From Octopus sinensis (taxonomy: Eukaryota): a stretch of 64,000 nucleotides of DNA. The position numbers and the translations under genes are program-made. The stretch spans positions 132,060,001 to 132,124,000 of the forward strand of contig NC_043000.1 in assembly GCF_006345805.1 (NCBI RefSeq), read 5' to 3'. The notes below the pieces were generated by a model, which worked only from the letters and a program-made list of their open reading frames with translations, did not search any database and was not told where the DNA came from. Positions 1 through 13,071 of the stretch are shown piece by piece; the stretch's first letter is position 1, and every line of letters begins with the position of its first letter.

Positions 1-673
1 GGTCGATCAGCTCAGCTGAAGGTGGTGCTCCAGCATGGCCACAGTCTAATGACTGAAACAAGTAAAAGAGTATATATATATATATATATATATATATCAT
101 CATCCTTCGCTTCTTCATCATGTTTTGACAGTTTGTTGTCTGTTCATCTGCTCGGCATCCAGTGATACTTGCCATTAATTCAATAAGTTCATTTGCTGAA
201 ACAGTTCACATCCACTATGCTGCATCCTATGATTTCAATATATCTTGGTTTAGGTAGTTACATACTATTTAACCCTAACAAGTACTACTACTCTGAGTCA
301 GAGCAGACCTGAGAACAATAGTGGCCAAGAGGTGGTTCCACACCCCTCAAAACCCTGGGACTCCCAAGAAAGGGCCCCACTAGATCTTGGCTATCTAGAT
401 CTTGACACAGCAACAATGTTACTGAATTTTACTATTATGACAACCAAGCAAATTTTGGTCAAGAAAACAAGCAATCAAAAAAATTAATCACCTTTGTTAT
501 CAAAGGTATATTTCAAAGTGTGGTATATTTAATAGTAACATCCCAATAATAGCAATAATAGGTGATTTGGTACAAAAGTGGAGTGCAAGGTAACATATGT
601 TCAGGGATCTCATTTTCAGGAATATTTTTCAGGTTTCAAACTTTTTACACATTTTTTTCCATTTCAGACTCAA

Positions 674-889
674 CCCTTTTGATACCAGCCTGGCCAAAAT
701 TGCCTCTGGCTCTGTAGTACAAATGTCTTGTTTTTATAAGTATTGAATTAAAATCTTCCACCAAACCTTAGTCACAATTTATGTTCCCAACACTAGCTTA
801 ACTAAGTTCTTTTACTAAATTCTTTGTTATATTTAAAATTAATTGAATGAAACACAGAGCATCTCAAAATAAATATGGTAATGAAAGGG
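674..889. mobile_element. piggyBac-like MITE
   Basis: Ends tcaa|CCCTTTTGATACC … GGTAATGAAAGGG|ttaa: imperfect TIRs and a TTAA-like target. Confidence 0.55.
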
Positions 890-1026
890 TTAATACCAAT
901 CAAATGCTTTATTGAATCAGCTATTTTCATAGTCTAGGTTTGTTTAAGCAAAGTTAACTGGGACCAATCAACATTAACATCCATGTGATATGAAGAAAAA
1001 ATTTTGAAATAGCAAAAAATACATAC

Positions 1027-1162
1027 ATGCATTTCAGCTCCATATCCAGGAGTTCCCATGAAGATCCAATCTGTTCTGCTAGATTCTGAAACTTCTGGAA
1101 GGAAGTACGGCTTGGAATAATGTTGACGTAATATCCCACCAGCCACAATATCACAGTTGCTC
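1027..1162 (-). CDS. Coding exon 2 of the cupin/JmjC-like gene (later exons lie outside the window)
   Basis: Acceptor ttcatttcttcag|G completes the W codon, then reads SNCDIVAGGILRQHYSKPYFLPEVSESSRTDWIFMGTPGYGAEMH. Donor is |GTATGT. 'WIFMG...GAxMH' resembles the JmjC-type beta-strand leading to the first metal-binding His. Confidence 0.85.
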
Positions 1163-1399
1163 CTGAAGAAATGAAAAAGGAAAAGAATTAAACAAAAATC
1201 AATCATTTCATAACCAAAACTCCAAACTGCACCAGCTGAAACAATGACTCACAACCACAGCCAAAAACAAAAATATAAATCTATAACGTATAAACAGCAA
1301 TTGCTCAATAACTTATTTGCCAGAGATCCTTAGTCAATCTATCACAGCAACAATGCAAAAGGCTCACTCAAAAATCTGTAAAAGACACCTGTACAAAAA

Positions 1400-1840
1400 A
1401 CTTGGGTTGAGGGCTTCTGGAGATCTGTATAAACAAAGGATGAATTCAGCAAACAAACTATGTGACTAAAAGAATTGGAGCAGGACAACAACCAACATGT
1501 CAAACAAAAGTAATATAAAATAGATAGTGAAATACTGGAAACAGTTCTACAGAGAATGTCAAAGAGGAAATCCCCAGGCTTAGACCCCATAACAGGTTAC
1601 TGGTTAAAAAGTTTCACTTTTATTGGTAACATCTCATAAGGTTGTACAGAGAAAGTATCAAGGGCACACAAGAACTTCCCCAGTGGTTATCAACTGCAAC
1701 TACCCCCCCCCCACAAATAGCCAAACCACTCAATGGCCAGCCAGAATATCAAGTACAAATTATACACTGGGTGCCTCAATCTGTTCTTGCAGAATCATTG
1801 TGCCACCAACATTATAACACTAGAGCAAGCTGGAGGAAAG
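1400..1840 (+). mobile_element. Degenerate R4/Dong-like non-LTR RT fragment
   Basis: Frameshifted remnants KSPGLDPITGYWLKSF, GTQELPQWLSTATT and NIITLEQAGG, typical of RT domains 0-2 in R2/R4-group elements. Confidence 0.6.
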
Positions 1841-2298
1841 AGGGAGGGGTGGGACTATATCTAAAAAAGGTTTATCTAAATTACTATCTCTATATATGTA
1901 CCGCATAGATATATCTATATATATATATATATATCAATACACACACACATGTATGTGTAATGTATTTTATATATGAGGGTGCATGACCTAGCGGTTAGGG
2001 TGTTAGGGTGTTGCACTCATGATCATGAGATCATGGTTTCAATTCCTAGACTGGATGGTGCATTGTGTTCTTGAGCAAAACACTTCATCTATGTTGCTCT
2101 GCAATCACTTCGACACCTGATGTGAGGTACGCAGTGAACCTGTTCAGATAAGATCAATTTGATGGAGAGGGTGAACTAATGTACAGCACACACATTTGAT
2201 CATTATAAGCAAATCATTTGTGCAGGTCATTCAGCAAAAACTGAATGCTCATAAGTTATCTTCAACATGAGAGTCCAACATATATATATATATATCTA

Positions 2299-3854
2299 TC
2301 TTTATATATATAAAACTGAGAATGTGTGTCTGTCTGTCTGTGTGTTTCCCTAAAACTTGAGAACTATACAACCAATTTCATTCAAATTTTACACATGCCT
2401 TACTTAGGGTCCAGGGAGTGTCATCGGCAATTAACTTTTTGCCTAGGGCGAGCCCACAGCAATATCATATCTTCTCCACTACGATTCCCTAAAACTTGAG
2501 AACTACACAACCAATTTCATTCAAATTTTACACATGCTTGACTTAGGGTCCATGTAGTTTCATGGGCAAAAAAAAAATGTTCAACTTCTTGCCTAGGGCA
2601 AGCCCATAGCAATATCATATCTTCTCCACTATTTCATTATTACATGTTAAAAATGAAACAAAAGCATTTCTCTATTTTATGTCAGATACTTTCACTTTAA
2701 CAATAAAAATAATAATAACAATTGAATTATATGTAGTAAGTAATAATTAAAATCAAACTAAAGTATAATATAATCGTAACATAACAAAAGTAAAAATAGC
2801 AATTGGTATAAGATTGCATCAATGACTTGAACTTGAATAAGTGGTTTCACATGAATGGGAATAAATTAAAAATAAAATTAGTGTGCAGAAATGGAATAGT
2901 CCAGATGGATAATAAAAAATTGAATTAAAGAAGAGGCTATTGTCTATAAAGTATACAATGTAGATACAATGTAGATTTGAAAGCACCTTCGAAAAGTGTC
3001 TTGGTGCGACTATGAAAGGTTTCTAATCAGAGGCGGTAATTCGCCACAATAGAAGCAAGGTTCGAGTCAACGGAGCGCACAAGGGAGTACTCGACTCGAA
3101 GTTGCAAATTGGAAATATTTTATTTTTACCTTTATATCTGGGACGTACGACGTCCCAGAAAAAAGTTTTAAATCCCCCCCCCCCCCGAAGTAGAGGTAGG
3201 CTGGATTGTAGCCACACTTCTATAGAAGAGGGAGGACAAGATACAATTGATCGAAATTACAAGAGACGGGCTAACAATTCCAGTCTGTTATATATTTTGA
3301 GTATTGTTATCACTAGCGATATCAAGATATAACTTTGTATTTTGTATTTTATGTGTAGATGTATATATATAGATGTACTCTTTTACTTGTTTCAGTCATT
3401 TGTCTGCGGCCATGCTGGAGCACCGCCTTTAGTCGAGCAAATCGACCCTGGGACTTATTCTTTGTAAGCCCAGTACTTATTCTATCGGTCTCTTTTGCCG
3501 AACCACTAAGTGACGGGGACGTAAACACACCGGAATCGGTTGTCAAGCAATGCTAGGGGGACAAACACAGACACACAAACATACATATATATATATACAT
3601 ATATACGACAGGCTTCTTTCAGTTTCCGTCAACCAAATCCACTCACAAGGCATTGGTCGGCCCGGGGCTATAGCAGAAGACACTTGCCCAAGATGCCACG
3701 CAGTGGAACTGAACCCGGAACCATGTGGTTGGTTAGCAAGCTACTTACCACACAGCCACTCCTGCGCCCATACATGTAATATGTACACATATGTATATAC
3801 ACATATATACATGCACTAGCACTATGACCCGGCAACGATGGGTCATAATGCTAG
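2299..3854 (+). mobile_element. Non-autonomous Helitron containing a SINE copy
   Basis: 5' end TC..TATATATAAAACTGAG, 3' hairpin TATGACCC/GGGTCATA (3823-3847) then CTAG, with A before and T after. It has an internal ~140-bp tandem duplication (about 2348-2630). The same 5' end recurs at 50764. Confidence 0.75.
3376..3769 (-). mobile_element. tRNA-derived SINE family A with internal (TA/CA)n tract
   Basis: Head GGCGCAGGAGTGGCTGTGTGGTAAG…GGTTCAGTTCC, tail …TGACTGAAACAAGTAAAAGAGTA. Other full or partial copies: 1-70, 7870-8090, 8237-8470, 9405-9870, 20490-20912, 23755-24122, 25374-25811, 31430-31625, 35800-36105, 47215-47370, 48140-48345, 53497-53700, 61555-61720. Confidence 0.85.
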
Positions 3855-4550
3855 TATATATATATATTCATGTATTATATTTTATATGATAATGATGATG
3901 ATGCATATTATATATATATATGTATATATATATGTGTGTGTGTGTGTGCCATCACCATCATCATTATCATCATCATCATCACTGTCCTTTAATATCCACT
4001 GACTGTGCTGGCATGGGTTGGACAGTTTGACAGTAGCTGGTAACCCAAAAGACTGCACCAAGCTCTAATACCTGCTTTGGCATGGTTTCCCTACTTAGAT
4101 GCTCTTCCTAATGCCAACCACTTTACAGAGTGTACAGGGTGCTTTTTATCTGGCACCAGCACCAGCCGAAGGTGGTGTGCAGTGGGACTGAACAATGTGG
4201 TTGGGAAGGAAACTTACTACCACACAGCCATGCTTGACACCAAATAATAAATGTGTTTAAGTGAAGTGGGTAGTCCTTATGTTTTTGAAAGGCATGGTTT
4301 CTACAGCTGGATGCCCTTCCTAACACCAGCCACCCCAAAAGTGTAATGCATGCTTTTATATGCCACTGGCATGAGTGCCATTTGCAATGACACCAGTATC
4401 TGCCACAACTGCAATTTTACTTGGCTTGATGGGCCTTCTTCAAGCATAACATAACACCACATGTGTTGGTCATTTATTAATGCCTTCATGAGGCCCCTTT
4501 ATATAAATTTATATAAATATATTATATTTATCTATCTATCTATCTATCTA

Positions 4551-4596
<46 letters not shown>

Positions 4597-4876
4597 AAAC
4601 ATTGTGTACAGTGCTCAGGTGTACTACAACTCATCTAAAGTGCATATATAATCAGGTGTAGTTTCGATGGATTTCGGAAAGCATGAGGGCCTTAAAGGAT
4701 GCAGTGTCATGGCAGTCAACAACATTCTTTTCGTTTGTGGTTAGATCGTAGGTGATCTATTTCTAGCATATTGGATGTCCGCTTAGTGGTCATCCCTTCT
4801 TATATGCATGTAATATAATTTTTTCTGAATTTTCAAATTTTTCTATATATATATATATAAGGTAATAATTATTTAA

Positions 4877-5049
4877 AATTATAATTTAGGGTATCTAAGA
4901 GATACCATCACACTGGAAATTGCAGTCAAAACTTACCTCTAAAACAATATTAAATGTTCATTAAATGAACATTTAATGCGGTTTTAGAGTCAAGTTTTGA
5001 CTGCTATTTCCAGCGAGATGATATCTGTTAGATACCCTAAATTATAATT
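4877..5049. repeat. 173-bp imperfect palindrome (MITE-like)
   Basis: AATTATAATTTAGGGTATCTA… / …TAGATACCCTAAATTATAATT, pairing nearly to a central ATTAAATGTTCA…TGAACATTTAAT. Confidence 0.85.
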
Positions 5050-5779
5050 ACATATAACAAGTAATGAATAATGGTCATAACAGATTTTTCTTTTATTAGA
5101 GTAAATTTGGTTTACACCTGTTTCCAGTAGTCATTAAAGGTATGTTACTGATAGATTTACTCAATTGGTCTATTGATCAGGTGAGAAAAATTGAATGGCC
5201 TAAAAAATTAATGCTACTTTTGTCAGAGTTCTGATGAAAGTAGCATTAATTTTTTTAGGTCATTCAATAATCTCACACCCTGCCATAAAAATCCTTACAA
5301 ACAGTATTGTCAGCCTGGTGTGCCAACAGAGAGCTTATAAAGGATTTTGCCCAGATAATCCCTTACTCTTAGCTCTTATATATATATATATATATATCAT
5401 CATCATCATCATCATTATCATTCAATGTTTGTTGTCCATGCTGGCATGGGTTGGACAATGTGACCAGAGCTGGCAAGCTGGGTAGCTGGCAAGCTTGGCT
5501 GCACCACACTCCAGTCTGATTAGGCATGGTTTCTACAGCTGGATGCCCTTCCTAGCACCAACCACTTTACAGCATGCTGGGTACTTTTTACAAAGCACTG
5601 CACAGGCACTTTTATGTGACACCCCATGAGTGATTTTACATGGCACTACACAAGCGTTTTTATGTGATGCCACATGGGCACTCTTACATGGTGCTGCATG
5701 GCACCACCCTGAGTACTTTGCACCACAAGAAGGATCAGTCTTAACACTTCTGCTGTAAAGTATGGGTCTTCTTGAGTAT

Positions 5780-6568
5780 GGATCATCTCGCCTGAAAGGT
5801 TCAGTTTCCTGAGGTCATTCTTTGGTATTTCATCTCATGTCTTCCTGTCATCATCCATCTGCATCACATGACCAACCCAGCACAGTCCTCTCTCTTGCAC
5901 ACAGTAAACAATTCCTCTTATGCCTAACTTCTCTCTCAGAATACTGGCACTCTGTTGAACATGTACACTTACATTACACATCCAGCGGAGCATACTGTCC
6001 TCATTCCTTTCTAACCTTTGCATGTCTTCTGCATTCAGGACCCATGTCTCATTACCATGTAGAATTAATGTCTGTATACATACATCATACAATCTTCATT
6101 TCACTCGGACAGAGAGATCTTTTGTGGCTGACAGAGGTAACAGCTCACTGAATTTCTTCCATCCTATTCTTATTCTAGCTATCACACTCCCTGTGCATCT
6201 TCTCCCACTACTTATTTGGTCCTCTAGGTAAGAGAAAGTATCTACTACTTCTAATGATCCACCAAGGCATTTGAGAGAATCAATTTCCTAAGTCTCTGAA
6301 TTTTTTATGGATCCTGTGCATTTTCCACATATGAAAACTATCTTCTCTGGTATCCTTCTAATTAACCCACTGCACCTCTTGTGTGTCCATAACTTGCACT
6401 GGGTACACCATATGGAGTTCCTGCCTACATCTTTCCTACAAACCAAATAAGGCCACCTGCCAAAGTGGAGTAGGTCCTGTTAATTTTCTTGCTTATTAGG
6501 ACCTTAGTTTTTGTTAAGTTAACCTTAAGGCCCTTAGAGTCCAGGTTTTGCTTCTACACCTGGAATTT
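5780..6568 (-). mobile_element. Degenerate RTE LINE 3' fragment
   Basis: ORF 5835-6092 reads LHGNETW…MQRLERNEDSMLRWMCNVSV…LREKLGIRGI…LCWVGHVMQM, the RTE RT C-terminus. Confidence 0.85.
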
Positions 6569-6634
6569 AATGTGTGTGTGTGTGTTTATCATTGTACTCC
6601 AAGCTGTAACAGTGGAATTTAACACTAGCTGTCC

Positions 6635-7560
6635 TTGAGAGCTCCTCTACGCCAATGATCTTATTCTTTTTGCTGAATTACTACCAGAACTAGAAAAGAA
6701 ATTTCAGGTATGGAAGCAAGGACTGGAGTCAAATGGCCTAAGAGTTAAATTAGCAACTATAGTCCTAATAAGTAGGAAAACAAACAAATTACAGATCTCT
6801 TCAGAGAGATGGCCCTGCTTGATATGTGGAAAAGATGTCAGGAGAAACTCCATATGGTGTATCCAGTGCAAGCTATAGGCACATACAAGGTGTCAGCAGC
6901 ATCACTGGAAGACTAACAAGAGAATGTAGTCTTTACCTGTAGCGGATATCCAGTTACATTAAACACCAGGAATGTATAAAAAAAAAAGACTCCCTCAAAT
7001 GTCATCGGGTATCTTTAGAAGTAGTAGACAGTTTCTGTTACTTAGGTAACAGTTAGTAGTGATAGAGGTTGTTCCAAAAGCATAGCTGCTAGAATAAGAA
7101 TAGGCCGAGCAAAGTTCAGAGAGCTACTACCTCTGTTAGTAATGAAGGGCTGCTCCCTCAGAGTAAAAGGCAGATTTTATGATGCTTCTGTACAAACAGC
7201 TACGGTACATAGTGAGACATGGACTACTGAGCATATGCGAAGGCTTGAAAGAAATGAAGCCAGTATGCTACCACTGGATGGGCAACGTCACTTTGCAAAT
7301 ATGACAGAGTGTAAGTTATTTGAGAGAAAAACTGGATATACAAGGCAGATCTAGTGTACAAGAGAGAAGACTGTGCTGATATGGCCAGGTAACGCATATA
7401 AATGAAGACAGTTGCATCAAGAGGTGCTGATCCCTAATTGTGGAGGGAACATGTGGATGGGATAAACAAGGAAGACGTGGGATGATGTGGTGAGAAAGGA
7501 TCTTCAGACGTTGGACCTTAGAGAAGGAGGGGAAGTTTGCCGAGCTTGAGAAGACTTGAC
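6635..7560 (+). mobile_element. Degenerate RTE LINE 3' fragment, inverted relative to 5780-6568
   Basis: ELLYANDL (YADD region), RNSIWC.QC.., KGRFYDASVQT…SETW…MRRLERNEASML. Confidence 0.85.
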
Positions 7561-8077
7561 AAGCTAAGTAAAATCGTAGTCGCCCTTGCATACAGGTATG
7601 TCCCCGATATTCCTCTTCAGCTGAAGAATCCTAATCATGCTGGCTCATGTGTGCTGGTGCCACATAAGCAGCACCCATAGTGGTTCTACTTAAAAAGACC
7701 CATGCTTGTGTTGCATAAATGCACCTACTCTGTAAAGTGGTTGGTGTTAGGAAGGGCAGCCATAGAAACCATGACAAAACAGACATGGGAACTCAAGCAG
7801 TTCTTGTCAAACAGTTCAACAACATAGAAAATAGATGTTAACTGATGATGATGTATATATATACAATATATATACATATTCTGTGTTTGTCCCCCCAACA
7901 TCACTTGACAACCGATGCTGGTGTGTTTACGTCCCAGTAACTTAGCAGTTCAGCAAAAGAGACCGATAGAATAAGTACTAGGCTTACAAAGAATAAGTCA
8001 ATTTGCTCGACTAAAGGCAGTGCTTCAGCATGGCCACAGTCACATAACTGAAACAAGTAAAAGCATAAAAGAGTGTG

Positions 8078-8150
<73 letters not shown>

Positions 8151-8467
8151 ATATATAATATATATATATATATTATATATATTATATATATATATGTGTA
8201 TATATATATTATACATATATATATATTATATATATACTCTTTTACTTGTTTCAGTCATTTGACTGCGACCATGCTGGAGCACCGCCTTTAGTTGAGCAAA
8301 TCGACCCCAGGACTTATTCTTTGTAAGCCCAGTACTTATTCTATCGGTCTCTTTTGCTGAACTGCTAAGTGACGGGGACGTAAACACACCAGCATCGGTT
8401 GTCAAGCAATGCTAGGGGGACAAACACAGACACACAAATACACACATACATAAACACAGACATGCAA

Positions 8468-8499
<32 letters not shown>

Positions 8500-8544
8500 G
8501 TATGTGTGTGTGTGTGTTTGTGTTTGTCCCCCTAGCATTGCTTG

Positions 8545-8619
<75 letters not shown>

Positions 8620-8643
8620 CATATAATATATATATATATTTGG

Positions 8644-8678
<35 letters not shown>

Positions 8679-8899
8679 TATATATATATATATATATCTA
8701 TATTCATATATTTATAATCAATAAGGTGATTAAAATCACCTTATTGTATAGATAATCACCTTATTTTAAACTGTGTGGATAATACCATACTAAATTCTGG
8801 TGCCTCAACTTAAGTACCATATTCATCTGAATTCATATATTTATATATAAATAAACATAAACAAGTTTACATATTTTCTGTATGATATATATAATCAAT

Positions 8900-8993
<94 letters not shown>

Positions 8994-9105
8994 TATATAT
9001 ATACACACACATATATATATACACACACACACATATATATAGCTGATGATATACACATATATATACATACATACATATATATAGTTGATGATATACAGAT
9101 ATACA

Positions 9106-9398
9106 CAGTGGTGGACTGGCCAGGTCGCTAGCTTGCCTCATGGCAAGTTGGCCCCTATACCATTAGAATCCATATATGGGGGCCCATGTTAGTATCTAAG
9201 GGGCCCATTCCTTCAAGTTTGAGAACTTTTTATTCACTCCTGGAAGAATGCATTAATTATTTCAGCCTGGCTGTGTTTGTAGACAGTTGGAAAGAATACA
9301 TTTAACAAAAAAAAAACCCGAAGCTAAATGATAGTATTGTAGTTGCGGGTGGGCCCTCTTATTTTCCTGGCAACATTTTTAGACCCAGTCCACCACTG
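9106..9398. mobile_element. hAT-type MITE
   Basis: Perfect 14-bp TIRs CAGTGGTGGACTGG / CCAGTCCACCACTG. The 8-bp flanks GATATACA / CATATATA match at 6 of 8 positions. Confidence 0.8.
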
Positions 9399-9676
9399 CA
9401 TATATATATACTTGCTTCAGTCATTAGATTGCTGCTATGCTGGGGCACTGCTTTGAGGAATTTAATTTGAACTATCTGACACCAATACTTAGTTACTTTT
9501 TAAGTCTGGTAATTATTCTATTGTTTTCTTTTGCAAAACCCTGGTCCTCAAGCAGTGGTGGGGCCAGACACAGACACAAAGACACATACACATATGCTCG
9601 TCATATATATATATATATATATACATAAATATATATACACATAAATATATATAAATACATACATACAAAGCCCGTC

Positions 9677-9716
<40 letters not shown>

Positions 9717-9886
9717 GACGGGCTTTGTTCAGTTTCCATCTACCAAATCCATTCACAAGGCTTTAATCATCCCTGAGGCTATAGTAGAAGACATTTACCT
9801 AAGGTGTCACGCAGTGGGAGTGAACCCAGAACCCTGTAGTTGTGAAGCAAACTTCTTACCACACAGCCATGTGTGTGTGAGATATG

Positions 9887-9930
<44 letters not shown>

Positions 9931-9933
9931 CAG

Positions 9934-9998
<65 letters not shown>

Positions 9999-10157
9999 TA
10001 GATAGATATATATAATTAGAGGATGTGTAAACTTCATGAAGGGATGGTTACATCCAAGGAAATACTGGTTCAATACCTAGGGCTTTTATTTTCATATTTG
10101 CTGTTAATAATAAACAATTGACTTCCTAAACTCCATTTTCTTTTTTTAAATATATAT

Positions 10158-10190
<33 letters not shown>

Positions 10191-10442
10191 GGGAGGGGAG
10201 AGAGAGACTTATATACTGAATGCTAGTTTTTTAAAGGTAGGTGAACATTCAAAACAGATTCAAATATGTCAAAAAAAAAAGAAACCAGGAAATAGAACAG
10301 ATAACGCATGCAACACTCCTTTTTTTAATGAGTGAGTGAGTGTGTGTATGTGTGGCTGTATGCGCGCGCGCAACATACATACATACATATATATGTATAT
10401 ATATATGTATATATATATATATATATATATACCTATATATAC

Positions 10443-10496
<54 letters not shown>

Positions 10497-10501
10497 CATA
10501 C

Positions 10502-10534
<33 letters not shown>

Positions 10535-10719
10535 CAATATATATATATATATATAAACATGCGCTCAAATTATCAGCATAAGGGAATAATCCAGGATGTT
10601 GTCAATTTTTATGCTGCGAATACGAAAAATATGGGAACTATTCGTGGTAACCAACCTGTATACATTTACATTAGTGATCAAAATTCGAAAAGGTTGTTAA
10701 AATAATGTAATCAACTTAC

Positions 10720-11450
10720 CAGCCTATATACCAGGGATTCGAAGAATCAGTTAAATCAACTCGGGCTGGATCCATTTGAAACACCTCACCTAAATTCTTA
10801 AATTTGGTTTGGTAGGGGAAAAACTGACAGTTCCGTTCCGAACTAGACAAAGCCGGACTATCTTCGCTATAAATTCCCTTAAAAAACTCAAAGGAAAATA
10901 CATCCAGAGCCGTCCAGTTCTTCATGCCATCGGTAATGATAACGGGCCGACCTGAATAAGCATAATCTTTTTCGAACTCGGCAACTGATATTCCGGAAAC
11001 CCGATCGACATGTGTAACATTCCTGCAAAATTTACAATCTGCAGGGGGTCTAAATAGCAACGATATACTCTCGTGGACATCTATTAGACATCGCTCATTG
11101 TAAAGATTGTAATCATTGAAGCTAAACCACCAATTCGTCACTTGCTCACCACTCACGGGTACGTTGAGAAAGAACACGCAGAAAATGCTAGCGAGCAAGA
11201 GCAGAATTGCGTACATAAAATATCTAGTAGTTCTAGACCAAACCAGACCACCGTTAGCAATCCTTTCTTCTTCTTCTTCAATCTGTTTCTTTGTCTTCGG
11301 TCTAATATCCGTAATACACGACAATGTAGATAAATGGTGTCCGTCTATACCCAGCTGTGCCGCACGCTCGTACAGACGTTTGAACAACACCCGAGGTGTC
11401 TCTCCGTTCGACGATATGGTTTTATCTGTTGACATTTGCGACGATTCCAT
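10720..11450 (-). CDS. Coding exon 1 of an uncharacterised cupin-like/JmjC-related protein with one hydrophobic (TM-like) segment
   Basis: 244-aa ORF MESSQ...PWYIGW. It has a hydrophobic stretch (FMYAILLLLASIFCVFFLNV), a C-x2-C motif (CKFC) and an 'AYSGRPVIITDGMKNWTA' segment typical of cupin_8/JmjC N-termini. It ends TG|GTAAG (phase 2, donor G at 10719), which joins in frame to the exon at 1162. Confidence 0.85.
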
Positions 11451-11650
11451 ATCCGAGAATGAAAAAAAAAAACCTCTAACCGCTTCCGACTACATGTAAT
11501 AAGTGATCAGGGTCGAAATGCGGCCTGTTAGGCCGCCTCTCTAAGTTGGTAATTTCTTAATTGCTCCGCCTCAAAGCTAGAAACTCTACAAACACGTTTC
11601 CGATCTTACTCCGCCTTGTTTACTTCACATGACGACAGTTTTACACTCTC
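11451..11650 (-). promoter_or_regulatory. Probable 5' UTR/promoter of the cupin/JmjC-like gene
   Basis: CpG-enriched, repeat-free sequence immediately upstream of the ATG. The TSS cannot be determined from sequence alone. Confidence 0.45.
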
Positions 11651-12000
11651 CTCGTGAAGGTGACAACACCCAATATCGTTTCTTCCTTCTTAGTTTGTAC
11701 AACAGCTGTTGCTGATGATGTAGTTTTGTTGTTGTTTGTTGCTATTGCTGTTACCGCTGTTGTTGTTGAACACCAGGTCAGCTCTGATTGAATATACTTA
11801 AGATCAAAAGCAGCCTCTCCGTCATCGCTTTGGCTGGTATTTCTCGCGATCACGTAGAGGCTTTTTAGCTGGTATTGTTATTGTTGATAGTTTTGCTATT
11901 GCTGGGTCAAACTTGCTATAGTAGTTGTACCACTTTGACATAAGCGATTGAAATCGAACGTAAACCATTGACGCGAAAAAGTTTATAGTTAAATGTAGTT

Positions 12001-12260
12001 AAAATAAAAAGAAATATCAGAGAAATGATTAGTGCTTGAAAATAGCAGATATGCCATTTAATTTCTGTATGCAATACATACATACATACATACATACATA
12101 CATACATACATACATACATACATACATACATACATACATACATACATAAATGCATGCATACATACATACATACATAATACATAATACATACATACATACA
12201 TACATACATACATACATAAATGCATGTATGCATGCATACATACATACATACATACATACA

Positions 12261-12296
<36 letters not shown>

Positions 12297-12409
12297 GGAC
12301 AGGACAAATTTTTAAGGCAGAATTCTAAATTGAAAGTAAATTTTAATAAAAACACAACCCTACCATTTACTGATTTATATATATATATATTATATGTATA
12401 TACATACAT

Positions 12410-12490
<81 letters not shown>

Positions 12491-12502
12491 TATTATATAT
12501 AT

Positions 12503-12538
<36 letters not shown>

Positions 12539-12545
12539 TATATGT

Positions 12546-12635
<90 letters not shown>

Positions 12636-12817
12636 ATATATATACAAAGCATAAAGGGTTTAGCAATTCGTTGCTAAACCCTTTTTGCTTAGTATTACTT
12701 AAATTTTCCTCGAATGAGGCTTTTTTACATGCCGAAGACTACTTGGTGTAATTGATAATTATTCCAAATTAATTAATTTCACCCTTCATTATTACGGATA
12801 ATATATATATATACATA

Positions 12818-12873
<56 letters not shown>

Positions 12874-12909
12874 TATATATATACATATACATATATATAC
12901 ATATATATA

Positions 12910-12979
<70 letters not shown>

Positions 12980-13026
12980 GTATATATATATATATGGTAT
13001 ATATATATGTATATATATATATATAT

Positions 13027-13071
<45 letters not shown>

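Noticed and set aside
8020-10581. Many ORFs of YI/IY/CV/HT repeats (also at 11916-12751, 21536-22167, 37470-37970, 39775-41217)
   Set aside because: They are translations of (TA)n, (CA)n, (TACA)n and (GAT)n microsatellites, with no splice or domain support.
11641-11853. 70-aa ORF upstream of the cupin/JmjC gene as a possible extra exon
   Set aside because: Dominated by (GTT/GCT)n low complexity, with no convincing splice sites or homology.
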